DNA of 64,000 nucleotides from Eledone cirrhosa (Eukaryota): the NCBI GenBank assembly GCA_964016885.1, contig OZ024742.1, positions 3,906,001 through 3,970,000 on the forward strand, read 5' to 3'. Positions 16,491 through 32,200 of this stretch are shown here, piece after piece (position 1 is the stretch's first letter; each line of letters starts with the position of its first letter). Below the pieces are notes generated by a model, which saw only the letters and a list, made by a program, of their open reading frames with translations, had not been told where the DNA came from and did no database searches. Both the position numbers and the translations under genes were made by a program.

Positions 16491-19400
16491 GACACCATCA
16501 ACTGTCAGACACCCTCAACCGTCAGACACCATCAACCGACAGACACCATCAACTGTCAGACCGCATCAACTGTCAGACACCATCAACCGTCAGACACCAT
16601 CAACCGTCAGACACCATCAACCGTCAGACACCATCAACTGTCAGACACCATCAACTGTCAGACACCATCAACCGTCAGACACCATCAACTGTGAGACACC
16701 ATCAACCGTCTGACACCATCAACTGTCAGACACCGTCAACCGTCAGACACCATCAACCGTTCAGACACCATCAACCGTCAGACACCATCAACCGTCAGAC
16801 ACCATCAACTGTCAGACTCCATCAACTGTCAGACACCATCAATCGTCAGACACCATCAACTGTCAGACACCATCAACCGTCAAGCACCATCAATTGTAGG
16901 ACACCATCAACCGTCAGACACCATCAACTGTCAGACACCAACAACTGTCAGACACCATCAACCGTCAGACACCATCAACCGACAGACACCATCAACTGTC
17001 AGACCGCATCAACTGTCAGACACCATCAACCGTCAGATACCATCAACCGTCAGACACCATCAACCGTCAGACACCATCAACCGTCAGACACCATCAACTG
17101 TCAGACACCATCAGCTGTCAGACTACATCAACTGTCAGACACCATCAGCCGTCAGACACCATCAACTGCCAGACACCATCAACCGTCAGAAACCATCAAC
17201 TGTCAGACACCATCAACCGTCAGACACCATCAACTGTCAGACACCATAAACTGTCAGACACCATCAACTGTCAGACACCATCAAACGTCAGACATCATCA
17301 ACCGTCAGACACGATCAACCGTCAGACACCATCAACTGTCAGACACCATCAACTGTCAGACACCATCAACCGTCAAGCACCATCAACTGTCAGACACCAT
17401 CAACTGTCAGACACCATCAACTGTCAGACACCATCAACCATCAGACACCATCAACTGTCGGACACCATCAACCGTCTAAGCACCATCAACTGTCGGACAC
17501 CATCAACTGTCAGACACCATCAACTGTCGGACACCATCAACCGTCAGATACCATCAACTGTCAGACACCATCAACCGTCAAGCACCATCAACTGTCAGAC
17601 ACCATCAACTGTCAGACACCATCAACTGTCAGACACCATCAACCATCAGACACCATCAACTGTCGGACACCATCAACCGTCTAAGCACCATCAACTGTCG
17701 GACACCATCAACTGTCAGACACCATCAACTGTCGGACACCATCAACCGTCAGATACCATCAACTGTCAAACACCATCAACAGTCAAGCACCATCAACTGT
17801 CAGACACCATCAACCGTCAGACACCATCAACTGTCAGGCACCATCAACTGTCGGACTCCATCAACCGTCAGACACCATCAACTGTCAGACACCAACAACT
17901 GTCAGACACCATCAACCGTCAGACACCATCAACCGACAGACACCATCAACTGTCAGACCGCATCAACTGTCAGACCGCATCAACTGTCAGACACCATCAA
18001 CCGTCAGATACCATCAACCGTCAGACACCATCAACCGTCAGACACCATCAACCGTCAGACACCGTCAACTGTCAGACACCATCAGCTGTCAGACTACATC
18101 AACTGTCAGACACCATCAGCCGTCAGACACCATCAACTGCCAGACACCATCAACCGTCAGAAACCATCAACTGTCAGACACCATCAACCGTCAGACACCA
18201 ACAACTGTCAGACACCATAAACTGTCAGACACCATCAACTGTCAGACACCATCAACCGTCAGATACCATCAACCGTCAGACACCATCAACCGTCAGACAC
18301 CATCAACCGTCAGACAACATCAACTGTCACATACCATCAACTGTCAGACACCATCAACTATCAGACACCATCAACCGTCAGACACCATCAACTGTCAGAC
18401 ACCATCAACCGTCAGACACCATCAACTGTCAGACACCATCAACCGTCAGACACCATCAACTGTCAGACACCATAAACTGTCAGACACCATCAACTGTCAG
18501 ACACCATCAACCGTCAAGCACCATCAACTGTCAGACACCATCAACTGTCAGACACCATCAACTGTCAGACACCATCAACCATCAGACACCATCAACTGTC
18601 GGACACCATCAACCGTCTAAGCACCATCATCTGTCGGACACCATCAACTGTTAGACACCATCAACTGTCGGACACCATCAACCGTCAGATACCATCAACT
18701 GTCAGACACCATCAACAGTCAGACACCATCAACTGCCAGACACCATCAACCGTCAGACGCCATCAACCGTCACACACCATAAACCGTCAGATACCATCAA
18801 CTGTCAGACACCATCAACAGTCAGACACCATCAACTATCAGACACCATCAATTGTCAGACACCATCAACCGTCAGACACCATCAACCGTCAGATACCATC
18901 AACTGTCAGACACTATCAACAGTCAGACACCATCAACTGTCAGACACCATCAATTGTCAGACACCATCAACCGTCAGACACCATCAACTGTCAGACACCA
19001 TCAACTGTCGGACACCATCAACCGTCAGACACCATCACCTGTCAGACACCATCAACTGTCAGACACCATCAACAGTCAGACACCATCAACCGACAGACAC
19101 CATCAACTGTCAGACACCATCAACTGTCAGACACCATCAACTGTCAGACACCATCAACCGTCAGACACCATCAACTGTCAGACACCATCAACCGTCAGAC
19201 ACCATCAACCGTCAGACACCATCAACCGTCAGACACCATCAACCGTCAGACACTCTCAACTGTCAGACACCATCAACCGTCAGACACACTCAACTGTCAG
19301 ACACCATCAACCCTCAAGCACCATGAACTGCCAGACACCATCAACCGTCAGACACCACCAACTGTCAGACACCATCAACTGTCGGACGCCATCAACTGTC

Positions 19401-22400
19401 AGACACCATCAACTGTCAGACACCATCAACTGTCAGACACCATCAACCGTCAGACACCATCAACCGACAGACACCATCAACTGTCAGACCGCATCAACTG
19501 TCAGACACCATCAACCGTCAGACACCATCAACCGTCAGACACCATCAACCGTCAGACACCATCAACTGTCAGACACCATCAACTGTCAGACACCATCAAC
19601 CGTCAGACACCATCAACTGTGAGACACCATCAACCGTCTGACACCATCAACTGTCAGACACCATCAACCGTCAGACACCATCAACCGTTCAGACACCATC
19701 AACCGTCAGACACCATCAACCGTCAGACACCATCAACTGTCAGACTCCATCAACTGTCAGACACCATCAATCGTCAGACACCATCAACTGTCAGACACCA
19801 TCAACCGTCAAGCACCATCAACTGTCGGACACCATCAACCGTCAGACACCATCAACTGTCAGACACCAACAACTGTCAGACACCATCAACCGTCAGACAC
19901 CATCAACCGACAGACACCATCAACTGTCAGACCGCATCAACTGTCAGACACCATCAACCGTCAGATACCATCAACTGTCAGACACCATCAACCGTCAGAC
20001 ACCATCAACCGTCAGACACCATCAACTGTCAGACACCATCAGCTGTCAGACTACATCAACTGTCAGACACCATCAGCCGTCAGACACCATCAACTGCCAG
20101 ACACCATCAACCGTCAGAAACCATCAACTGTCAGACACCATCAACCGTCAGACACCATCAACTGTCAGACACCATAAACTGTCAGACACCATCAACTGTC
20201 AGACACCATCAAACGTCAGACATCATCAACCGTCAGACACGATCAACCGTCAGACACCATCAACTGTCAGACACCATCAACTGTCAGACACCATCAACCG
20301 TCAAGCACCATCAACTGTCAGACACCATCAACTGTCAGAGACCATCAACTGTCAGACACCATCAACCATCAGACACCATCAACTGTCGGACACCATCAAC
20401 CGTCTAAGCACCATCAACTGTCGGACACCATCAACTGTCAGACACCATCAACTGTCGGACACCATCAACCGTCAGATACCATCAACTGTCATACACCATC
20501 AACAGTCAGACACCATCAACTGTCAGACACCATCAACCGTCAGACGCCATCAACCGTCAGACACCATCAACCGTCAGATACCATCAACTGTCAGACACCA
20601 TCAACAGTCAGACACCATCAACTGTCAGACACCATCAATTGTCAGACACCATCAACCGTCAGACACCATCAACCGTCAGATACCATCAACTGTCAGACAC
20701 TATCAACAGTCAGACACCATTTACTGTCAGACACCATCAATTGTCAGACACCATCAACCGTCAGACACCATCAACCGTCAGATACCATCAACTGTCAGAC
20801 ACCATCAACAGTCAGACACCATCAACTGTCAAACACCATCACTTGTCAGACACCATCAACCGTCAGACACCATCAACTGTCAGACACCATCAACTGTCAG
20901 ACACCATCAACAGTCAGACACCATCAACTGTCAGACACCATCAACTGTCAGACACCATCAACCGTCAGACATCATCAACCGTCAGACACCATCAACTGTC
21001 AGACACCTTAAACCGTCAGACACCATCAACTGTCAGACACCATCAACTGTCAGACACGACCAACCGTCAGACACCATCAACTGTCAGACACCATCAACCG
21101 TCAGACACCATCAACTGTCAGACACCATAAACTGTCAGACACCATCAACTGTCAGACACCATCAACCGTCAAGCACCATCAACTGTCAGACACCATCAAC
21201 TGTCAGACACCATCAACTGTCAGACACCATCAACCATCAGACACCATCAACTGTCGGACACCATCAACCGTCTAAGCACCATCATCTGTCGGACACCATC
21301 AACTGTTAGACACCATCAACTGTCGGACACCATCAACCGTCAGATACCATCAACTGTCAGACACCATCAACAGTCAGACACCATCAACTACCAGACACCA
21401 TCAACCGTCAGACGCCATCAACCGTCAGACACCATCAACCGTCAGATACCATCAACTGTCAGACACCATCAACAGTCAGACACCATCAACTATCAGACAC
21501 CATCAATTGTCAGACACCATCAACCGTCAGACACCATCACCGTCAGATACCATCAACTGTCAGACACTATCAACAGTCAGACACCATCAACTGTCAGACA
21601 CCATCAATTGTCAGACACCATCAACCGTCAGACACCATCAACTGTCAGACACCATCAACTGTCGGACACCATCAACCGTCAGATACCATCAACTGTCAAA
21701 CACCATCAACAGTCAAGCACCATCAACTGTCAGACACCATCAACCGTCAGACACCATCAACTGTCGGACACCATCAACCGTCAGATACCATCAACTGTCA
21801 AACACCATCAACAGTCAAGCACCATCAACTGTCAGACACCATCAACCGTCAGACACCATCAACTGTCAGGCACCATCAACTGTCGGACTCCATCAACCGT
21901 CAGACACCATCAACTGTCAGACACCAACAACTGTCAGACACCATCAACCGTCAGACACCATCAACCGAAGAACACCATCAACTGTCAGACCGCATCAACT
22001 GTCAGACACCATCAACCGTCAGATACCATCAACCGTCAGACACCATCAACCGTCAGACACCATCAACCGTCAGACACCATCAACTGTCAGACACCATCAG
22101 CTGTCAGACTACATCAACTGTCAGACACCATCAGCCGTCAGACACCATCAACTGCCAGACACCATCAACCGTCAGAAACCATCAACTGTCAGACACCATC
22201 AACCGTCAGACACCATCAACTGTCAGACACCATAAACTGTCAGACACCATCAACTGTCAGACACCATCAAACGTCAGACATCATCAACCGTCAGACACGA
22301 TCAACCGTCAGACACCATCAACTGTCAGACACCATCAACTGTCAGACACCATCAACCGTCAAGCACCATCAACTGTCAGACACCATCAATTGTCAGACAC

Positions 22401-25400
22401 CATCAACCGTCAGACACCATCAACTGTCAGACACCATCAACTGTCGGACACCATCAACCGTCAGACACCATCAATTGTCAGACACCATCAACTGTCAGAC
22501 ACCATCAACTGTCAGACACCATCAACCGTCAGACACCATCAACCGACAGACACCATCAACTGTCAGACCGCATCAACTGTCAGACACCATCAACCGTCAG
22601 ACACCATCAACCGTCAGACACCATCAACCGTCAGACACCATCAACTGCCAGACACCATCAACCGTCAGACGCCATCAACCGTCAGACACCATAAACCGTC
22701 AGATACCATCAACTGTCAGACACCATCAACAGTCAGACACCATCAACTATCAGACACCATCAATTGTCAGACACCATCAACCGTCAGACACCATCAACCG
22801 TCAGATACCATCAACTGTCAGACACTATCAACAGTCAGACACCATCAACTGTCAGACACCATCAATTGTCAGACACCATCAACCGTCAGACACCATCAAC
22901 TGTCAGACACCATCAACTCTCGGACACCATCAACCGTCAGACACCATCAACTGTCAGACACCATCAACTGTCAGACACCATCAACAGTCAGACACCATCA
23001 ACCGACAGACACCATCAACTGTCAGACACCATCAACTGTCAGACACCATCAACTGTCAGACACCATCAACCGTCAGACACCATCAACTGTCAGACACCAT
23101 CAACCGTCAGACACCATCAACCGTCAGACACCATCAACCGTCAGACACCATCAACCGTCAGACACTCTCAACTGTCAGACACCATCAACCGTCAGACACA
23201 CTCAACTGTCAGACACCATCAACCCTCAAGCACCATGAACTGCCAGACACCATCAACCGTCAGACACCATCAACTGTCAGACACCATCAACTGTCGGACG
23301 CCATCAACTGTCAGACACCATCAACTGTCAGACACCATCAACTGTCAGACACCATCAACCGTCAGACACCATCAACCGACAGACACCATCAACTGTCAGA
23401 CCGCATCAACTGTCAGACACCATCAACCGTCAGACACCATCAACCGTCAGACACCATCAACCGTCAGACACCATCAACTGTCAGACACCATCAACTGTCA
23501 GACACCATCAACCGTCAGACACCATCAACTGTGAGACACCATCAACCGTCTGACACCATCAACTGTCAGACACCATCAACCGTCAGACACCATCAACCGT
23601 TCAGACACCATCAACCGTCAGACTCCATCAACTGTCAGACACCATCAATCGTCAGACACCATCAACTGTCAGACACCATCAACCGTCAGACTCCATCAAT
23701 TGTCAGACACCATCAATCGTCAGACACCATCAACTGTCAGACACCATCAACCGTCAAGCACCATCAATTGTAGGACACCATCAACCGTCAGACACCATCA
23801 ACTGTCAGACCGCATCAACTGTCAGACACCATCAACCGTCAGATACCATCAACCGTCAGACACCATCAACCGTCAGACACCATCAACCGTCAGACACCAT
23901 CAACTGTCAGACACCATCAGCTGTCAGACTACATCAACTGTCAGACACCATCAGCCGTCAGACACCATCAACTGCCAGACACCATCAACCGTCAGAAACC
24001 ATCAACTGTCAGACACCATCAACCGTCAGACACCATCAACTGTCAGACACCATAAACTGTCAGACACCATCAACTGTCAGACACCATCAAACGTCAGACA
24101 TCATCAACCGTCAGACACGATCAACCGTCAGACACCATCAACTGTCAGACACCATCAACTGTCAGACACCATCAACCGTCAAGCACCATCAACTGTCAGA
24201 CACCATCAACTGTCAGACACCATCAACTGTCAGACACCATCAACCATCAGACACCATCAACTGTCGGACACCATCAACCGTCTAAGCACCATCAACTGTC
24301 GGACACCATCAACTGTCAGACACCATCAACTGTCGGACACCATCAACCGTCAGATACCATCAACTGTCAGACACCATCAACCGTCAAGCACCATCAACTG
24401 TCAGACACCATCAACTGTCAGACACCATCAACTGTCAGACACCATCAACCATCAGACACCATCAACTGTCGGACACCATCAACCGTCTAAGCACCATCAA
24501 CTGTCGGACACCATCAACTGTCAGACACCATCAACTGTCGGACACCATCAACCGTCAGATACCATCAACTGTCAAACACCATCAACAGTCAAGCACCATC
24601 AACTGTCAGACACCATCAACCGTCAGACACCATCAACTGTCAGGCACCATCAACTGTCGGACTCCATCAACCGTCAGACACCATCAACTGTCAGACACCA
24701 ACAACTGTCAGACACCATCAACCGTCAGACACCATCAACCGACAGACACCATCAACTGTCAGACCGCATCAACTGTCAGACCGCATCAACTGTCAGACAC
24801 CATCAACCGTCAGATACCATCAACCGTCAGACACCATCAACCGTCAGACACCATCAACCGTCAGACACCGTCAACTGTCAGACACCATCAGCTGTCAGAC
24901 TACATCAACTGTCAGACACCATCAGCCGTCAGACACCATCAACTGCCAGACACCATCAACCGTCAGAAACCATCAACTGTCAGACACCATCAACCGTCAG
25001 ACACCAACAACTGTCAGACACCATAAACTGTCAGACACCATCAACTGTCAGACACCATCAACCGTAAGATACCATCAACCGTCAGACACCATCAACCGTC
25101 AGACACCATCAACCGTCAGACAACATCAACTGTCACATACCATCAACTGTCAGACACCATCAACTATCAGACACCATCAACCGTCAGACACCATCAACTG
25201 TCAGACACCATCAACCGGCAGACACCATCAACTGTCAGACACCATCAACCGTCAGACACCATCAACTGTCAGACACCATAAACTGTCAGACACCATCAAC
25301 TGTCAGACACCATCAACCGTCAAGCACCATCAACTGTCAGACACCATCAACTGTCAGACACCATCAACTGTCAGACACCATCAACCATCAGACACCATCA

Positions 25401-28400
25401 ACTGTCGGACACCATCAACCGTCTAAGCACCATCATCTGTCGGACACCATCAACTGTTAGACACCATCAACTGTCGGACACCATCAACCGTCAGATACCA
25501 TCAACTGTCAGACACCATCAACAGTCAGACACCATCAACTGCCAGACACCATCAACCGTCAGACGCCATCAACCGTCACACACCATAAACCGTCAGATAC
25601 CATCAACTGTCAGACACCATCAACAGTCAGACACCATCAACTATCAGACACCATCAATTGTCAGACACCATCAACCGTCAGACACCATCAACCGTCAGAT
25701 ACCATCAACTGTCAGACACTATCAACAGTCAGACACCATCAACTGTCAGACACCATCAATTGTCAGACACCATCAACCGTCAGACACCATCAACTGTCAG
25801 ACACCATCAACTGTCGGACACCATCAACCGTCAGACACCATCACCTGTCAGACACCATCAACTGTCAGACACCATCAACAGTCAGACACCATCAACCGAC
25901 AGACACCATCAACTGTCAGACACCATCAACTGTCAGACACCATCAACTGTCAGACACCATCAACCGTCAGACACCATCAACTGTCAGACACCATCAACCG
26001 TCAGACACCATCAACCGTCAGACACCATCAACCGTCAGACACCATCAACCGTCAGACACTCTCAACTGTCAGACACCATCAACCGTCAGACACACTCAAC
26101 TGTCAGACACCATCAACCCTCAAGCACCATGAACTGCCAGACACCATCAACCGTCAGACACCACCAACTGTCAGACACCATCAACTGTCGGACGCCATCA
26201 ACTGTCAGACACCATCAACTGTCAGACACCATCAACTGTCAGACACCATCAACCGTCAGACACCATCAACCGACAGACACCATCAACTGTCAGACCGCAT
26301 CAACTGTCAGACACCATCAACCGTCAGACACCATCAACCGTCAGACACCATCAACCGTCAGACACCATCAACTGTCAGACACCATCAACTGTCAGACACC
26401 ATCAACCGTCAGACACCATCAACTGTGAGACACCATCAACCGTCTGACACCATCAACTGTCAGACACCATCAACCGTCAGACACCATCAACCGTTCAGAC
26501 ACCATCAACCGTCAGACACCATCAACCGTCAGACACCATCAACTGTCAGACTCCATCAACTGTCAGACACCATCAATCGTCAGACACCATCAACTGTCAG
26601 ACACCATCAACCGTCAAGCACCATCAACTGTCGGACACCATCAACCGTCAGACACCATCAACTGTCAGACACCAACAACTGTCAGACACCATCAACCGTC
26701 AGACACCATCAACCGACAGACACCATCAACTGTCAGACCGCATCAACTGTCAGACACCATCAACCGTCAGATACCATCAACTGTCAGACACCATCAACCG
26801 TCAGACACCATCAACCGTCAGACACCATCAACTGTCAGACACCATCAGCTGTCAGACTACATCAACTGTCAGACACCATCAGCCGTCAGACACCATCAAC
26901 TGCCAGACACCATCAACCGTCAGAAACCATCAACTGTCAGACACCATCAACCGTCAGACACCATCAACTGTCAGACACCATAAACTGTCAGACACCATCA
27001 ACTGTCAGACACCATCAAACGTCAGACATCATCAACCGTCAGACACGATCAACCGTCAGACACCATCAACTGTCAGACACCATCAACTGTCAGACACCAT
27101 CAACCGTCAAGCACCATCAACTGTCAGACACCATCAACTGTCAGAGACCATCAACTGTCAGACACCATCAACCATCAGACACCATCAACTGTCGGACACC
27201 ATCAACCGTCTAAGCACCATCAACTGTCGGACACCATCAACTGTCAGACACCATCAACTGTCGGACACCATCAACCGTCAGATACCATCAACTGTCATAC
27301 ACCATCAACAGTCAGACACCATCAACTGTCAGACACCATCAACCGTCAGACGCCATCAACCGTCAGACACCATCAACCGTCAGATACCATCAACTGTCAG
27401 ACACCATCAACAGTCAGACACCATCAACTGTCAGACACCATCAATTGTCAGACACCATCAACAGTCAGACACCATCAACCGTCAGATACCATCAACTGTC
27501 AGACACTATCAACAGTCAGACACCATCAACTGTCAGACACCATCAATTGTCAGACACCATCAACCGTCAGACACCATCAACCGTCAGATACCATCAACTG
27601 TCAGACACCATCAACAGTCAGACACCATCAACTGTCAAACACCATCACTTGTCAGACACCATCAACCGTCAGACACCATCAACTGTCAGACACCATCAAC
27701 TGTCAGACACCATCAACAGTCAGACACCATCAACTGTCAGACACCATCAACTGTCAGACACCATCAACCGTCAGACATCATCAACCGTCAGACACCATCA
27801 ACTGTCAGACACCTTAAACCGTCAGACACCATCAACTGTCAGACACCATCAACTGTCAGACACGACCAACCGTCAGACACCATCAACTGTCAGACACCAT
27901 CAACCGTCAGACACCATCAACTGTCAGACACCATAAACTGTCAGACACCATCAACTGTCAGACACCATCAACCGTCAAGCACCATCAACTGTCAGACACC
28001 ATCAACTGTCAGACACCATCAACTGTCAGACACCATCAACCATCAGACACCATCAACTGTCGGACACCATCAACCGTCTAAGCACCATCATCTGTCGGAC
28101 ACCATCAACTGTTAGACACCATCAACTGTCGGACACCATCAACCGTCAGATACCATCAACTGTCAGACACCATCAACAGTCAGACACCATCAACTACCAG
28201 ACACCATCAACCGTCAGACGCCATCAACCGTCAGACACCATCAACCGTCAGATACCATCAACTGTCAGACACCATCAACAGTCAGACACCATCAACTATC
28301 AGACACCATCAATTGTCAGACACCATCAACCGTCAGACACCATCAACCGTCAGATACCATCAACTGTCAGACACTATCAACAGTCAGACACCATCAACTG

Positions 28401-29240
28401 TCAGACACCATCAATTGTCAGACACCATCAACCGTCAGACACCATCAACTGTCAGACACCATCAACTGTCGGACACCATCAACCGTCAGATACCATCAAC
28501 TGTCAAACACCATCAACAGTCAAGCACCATCAACTGTCAGACACCATCAACCGTCAGACACCATCAACTGTCGGACACCATCAACCGTCAGATACCATCA
28601 ACTGTCAAACACCATCAACAGTCAAGCACCATCAACTGTCAGACACCATCAACCGTCAGACACCATCAACTGTCAGGCACCATCAACTGTCGGACTCCAT
28701 CAACCGTCAGACACCATCAACTGTCAGACACCGACAACTGTCAGACACCATCAACCGTCAGACACCATCAACCGACAGACACCATCAACTGTCAGACCGC
28801 ATCAACTGTCAGACACCATCAACCGTCAGATACCATCAACCGTCAGACACCATCAACCGTCAGACACCATCAACCGTCAGACACCATCAACTGTCAGACA
28901 CCATCAGCTGTCAGACTACATCAACTGTCAGACACCATCAGCCGTCAGACACCATCAACTGCCAGACACCATCAACCGTCAGAAACCATCAACTGTCAGA
29001 CACCATCAACCGTCAGACACCATCAACTGTCAGACACCATAAACTGTCAGACACCATCAACTGTCAGACACCATCAAACGTCAGACATCATCAACCGTCA
29101 GACACGATCAACCGTCAGACACCATCAACTGTCAGACACCATCAACTGTCAGACACCATCAACCGTCAAGCACCATCAACTGTCAGACACCATCAATTGT
29201 CAGACACCATCAACCGTCAGACACCATCAACTGTCAGACA
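15620..29240 (+). repeat. Tandem block duplication, period about 6.8 kb (offsets 6806-6874; about 400 monomers): about 15620-22440 and about 22480-29240
   Basis: ORF pairs at offset 6806 (18852/25658, 19619/26425, 20639/27445, 21507/28313), 6840 (15924/22764) and 6807 (22390/29197). Shared rare variants: AATTGTAGGAC (about 16896/23770), GTCACACACC (about 18769/25575), CTACCAGAC (about 21388/28194). Confidence 0.92.
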
Positions 29241-29249
29241 CCATCAACT

Positions 29250-32200
29250 GTCAGACACCATCAACAGTCAGACACCATCAACCGACAGACACCATCAACT
29301 GTCAGACACCATCAACTGTCAGACACCATCAACTGTCAGACACCATCAACCGTCAGACACCATCAACTGTCAGACACCATCAACCGTCAGACACCATCAA
29401 CCGTCAGACACCATCAACCGTCAGACACCATCAACCGTCAGACACTCTCAACTGTCAGACACCATCAACCGTCAGACACACTCAACTGTCAGACACCATC
29501 AACCCTCAAGCACCATGAACTGCCAGACACCATCAACCGTCAGACACCATCAACTGTCAGACACCATCAACTGTCGGACGCCATCAACTGTCAGACACCA
29601 TCAACTGTCAGACACCATCAACTGTCAGACACCATCAACCGTCAGACACCATCAACCGACAGACACCATCAACCGTTCAGACACCATCAACCGTCAGACA
29701 CCATCAACCGTCAGACACCATCAACTTTCAGACTCCATCAACTGTCAGACACCATCAATCGTCAGACACCATCAACTGTCAGACACCATCAACCGTCAAG
29801 CACCATCAACTGTCGGACACCATCAACCGTCAGACACCATCAACTGTCAGACACCAACAACTGTCAGACACCATCAACCGTCAGACACCATCAACCGACA
29901 GACACCATCAACTGTCAGACCGCATCAACTGTCAGACACCATCAACCGTCAGATACCATCAACCGTCAGACACCATCAACCGTCAGACACCATCAACCGT
30001 CAGACACCATCAACTGTCAGACACCATCAGCTGTCAGACTACATCAACTGTCAGACACCATCAGCCGTCAGACACCATCAACTGCCAGACACCATCAACC
30101 GTCAGAAACCATCAACTGTCAGACACCATCAACCGTCAGACACCATCAACTGTCAGACACCATAAACTGTCAGACACCATCAACTGTCAGACACCATCAA
30201 ACGTCAGACATCATCAACCGTCAGACACGATCAACCGTCAGACACCATCAACTGTCAGACAACATCAACTGTCAGACACCATCAACCGTCAAGCACCATC
30301 AACTGTCAGACACCATCAACTGTCAGACACCATCAACTGTCGGACACCATCAACCATCAGACACCATCAACTGTCGGACACCATCAACCGTCTAAGCACC
30401 ATCAACTGTCGGACACCATCAACTGTCAGACACCATCAACTGTCGGACACCATCAACCGTCAGATACCATCAACTGTCAGACACCATCAACCGTCAAGCA
30501 CCATCAACTGTCAGACACCATCAACTGTCAGACACCATCAACTGTCAGACACCATCAACCATCAGACAGCATCAACTGTCGGACACCATCAACCGTCTAA
30601 GCACCATCAACTGTCGGCCACCATCAACTGTCAGACACCATCAACTGTCGGACACCATCAACCGTCAGATACCATCAACTGTCAAACACCATCAACAGTC
30701 AAGCACCATCAACTGTCAGACACCATCAACCGTCAGACACCATCAACTGTCAGGCACCATCAACTGTCGGACTCCATCAACCGTCAGACACCATCAACTG
30801 TCAGACACCAACAACTGTCAGACACCATCAACCGTCAGACACCATCAACCGACAGACACCATCAACTGTCAGACCGCATCAACTGTCAGACACCATCAAC
30901 CGTCAGATACCATCAACCGTCAGACACCATCAACCGTCAGACACCATCAACCGTCAGACACCATCAACTGTCAGACACCATCAGCTGTCAGACTTCATCA
31001 ACTGTCAGACACCATCAGCCGTCAGACACCATCAACTGCCAGACACCATCAACCGTCAGAAACCATCAACTGTCAGACACCATCAACCGTCAGACACCAT
31101 CAACTGTCAGACACCATAAACTGTCAGACACCATCAACTGTCAGACACCATCAAACGTCAGACATCATCAACCGTCAGACACGATCAACCGTCAGACACC
31201 ATCAACTGTCAGACACCATCAACTGTCAGACACCATCAACCGTCAAGCACCATCAACTGTCAGACACCATCAACTGTCAGAGACCATCAACTGTCAGACA
31301 CCATCAACCATCAGACACCATCAACTGTCGGACACCATCTACCGTCTAAGCACCATCAACTGTCGGACACCATCAACTGTCAGACACCATCAACTGTCGG
31401 ACACCATCAACCGTCAGATACCATCAACTGTCATACACCATCAACAGTCAGACACCATCAACTGTCAGACACCATCAACCTTCAGACGCCATCAACCGTC
31501 AGACACCATCAACCGTCAGATACCATCAACTGTCAGACACCATCAACAGTCAGACACCATCAACTGTCAGACACCATCAATTGTCAGACACCATCAACCG
31601 TCAGACACCATCAACCGTCAGATACCATCAACTGTCAGACACTATCAACAGTCAGACACCATCAACTGTCAGACACCATCAATTGTCAGACACCATCAAC
31701 CGTCAGACACCATCAACCGTCAGATAGCATCAACTGTCAGACACCATCAACAGTCAGACACCATCAACTGTCAGACACCATCACTTGTCAGACACCATCA
31801 ACCGTCAGACACCATCAACTGTCAGACACCATCAACTGTCAGACACCATCAACAGTCAGACACCATCAACTGTCAGACACCATCAACTGTCAGACACCAT
31901 CAACCGTCAGACATCATCAACCGTCAGACACCATCAACTGTCAGACACCTTAAACCGTCAGACACCATCAACTGTCAGACACCATCAACTGTCAGACACG
32001 ACCAACCGTCAGATACCATCAACTGTCAGACACCATCAACTGTCAGACACCATCAACTGTCAGACACCATCATTTGTCAGACACCATCAACCGCCAGACA
32101 CCATCAACCGTCAGATACCATCAACTGTCAGACACTATCAACAGTCAGACACCATCAACTGTCAGACACCATCAATTGTCAGACACCATCAACCGTCAGA

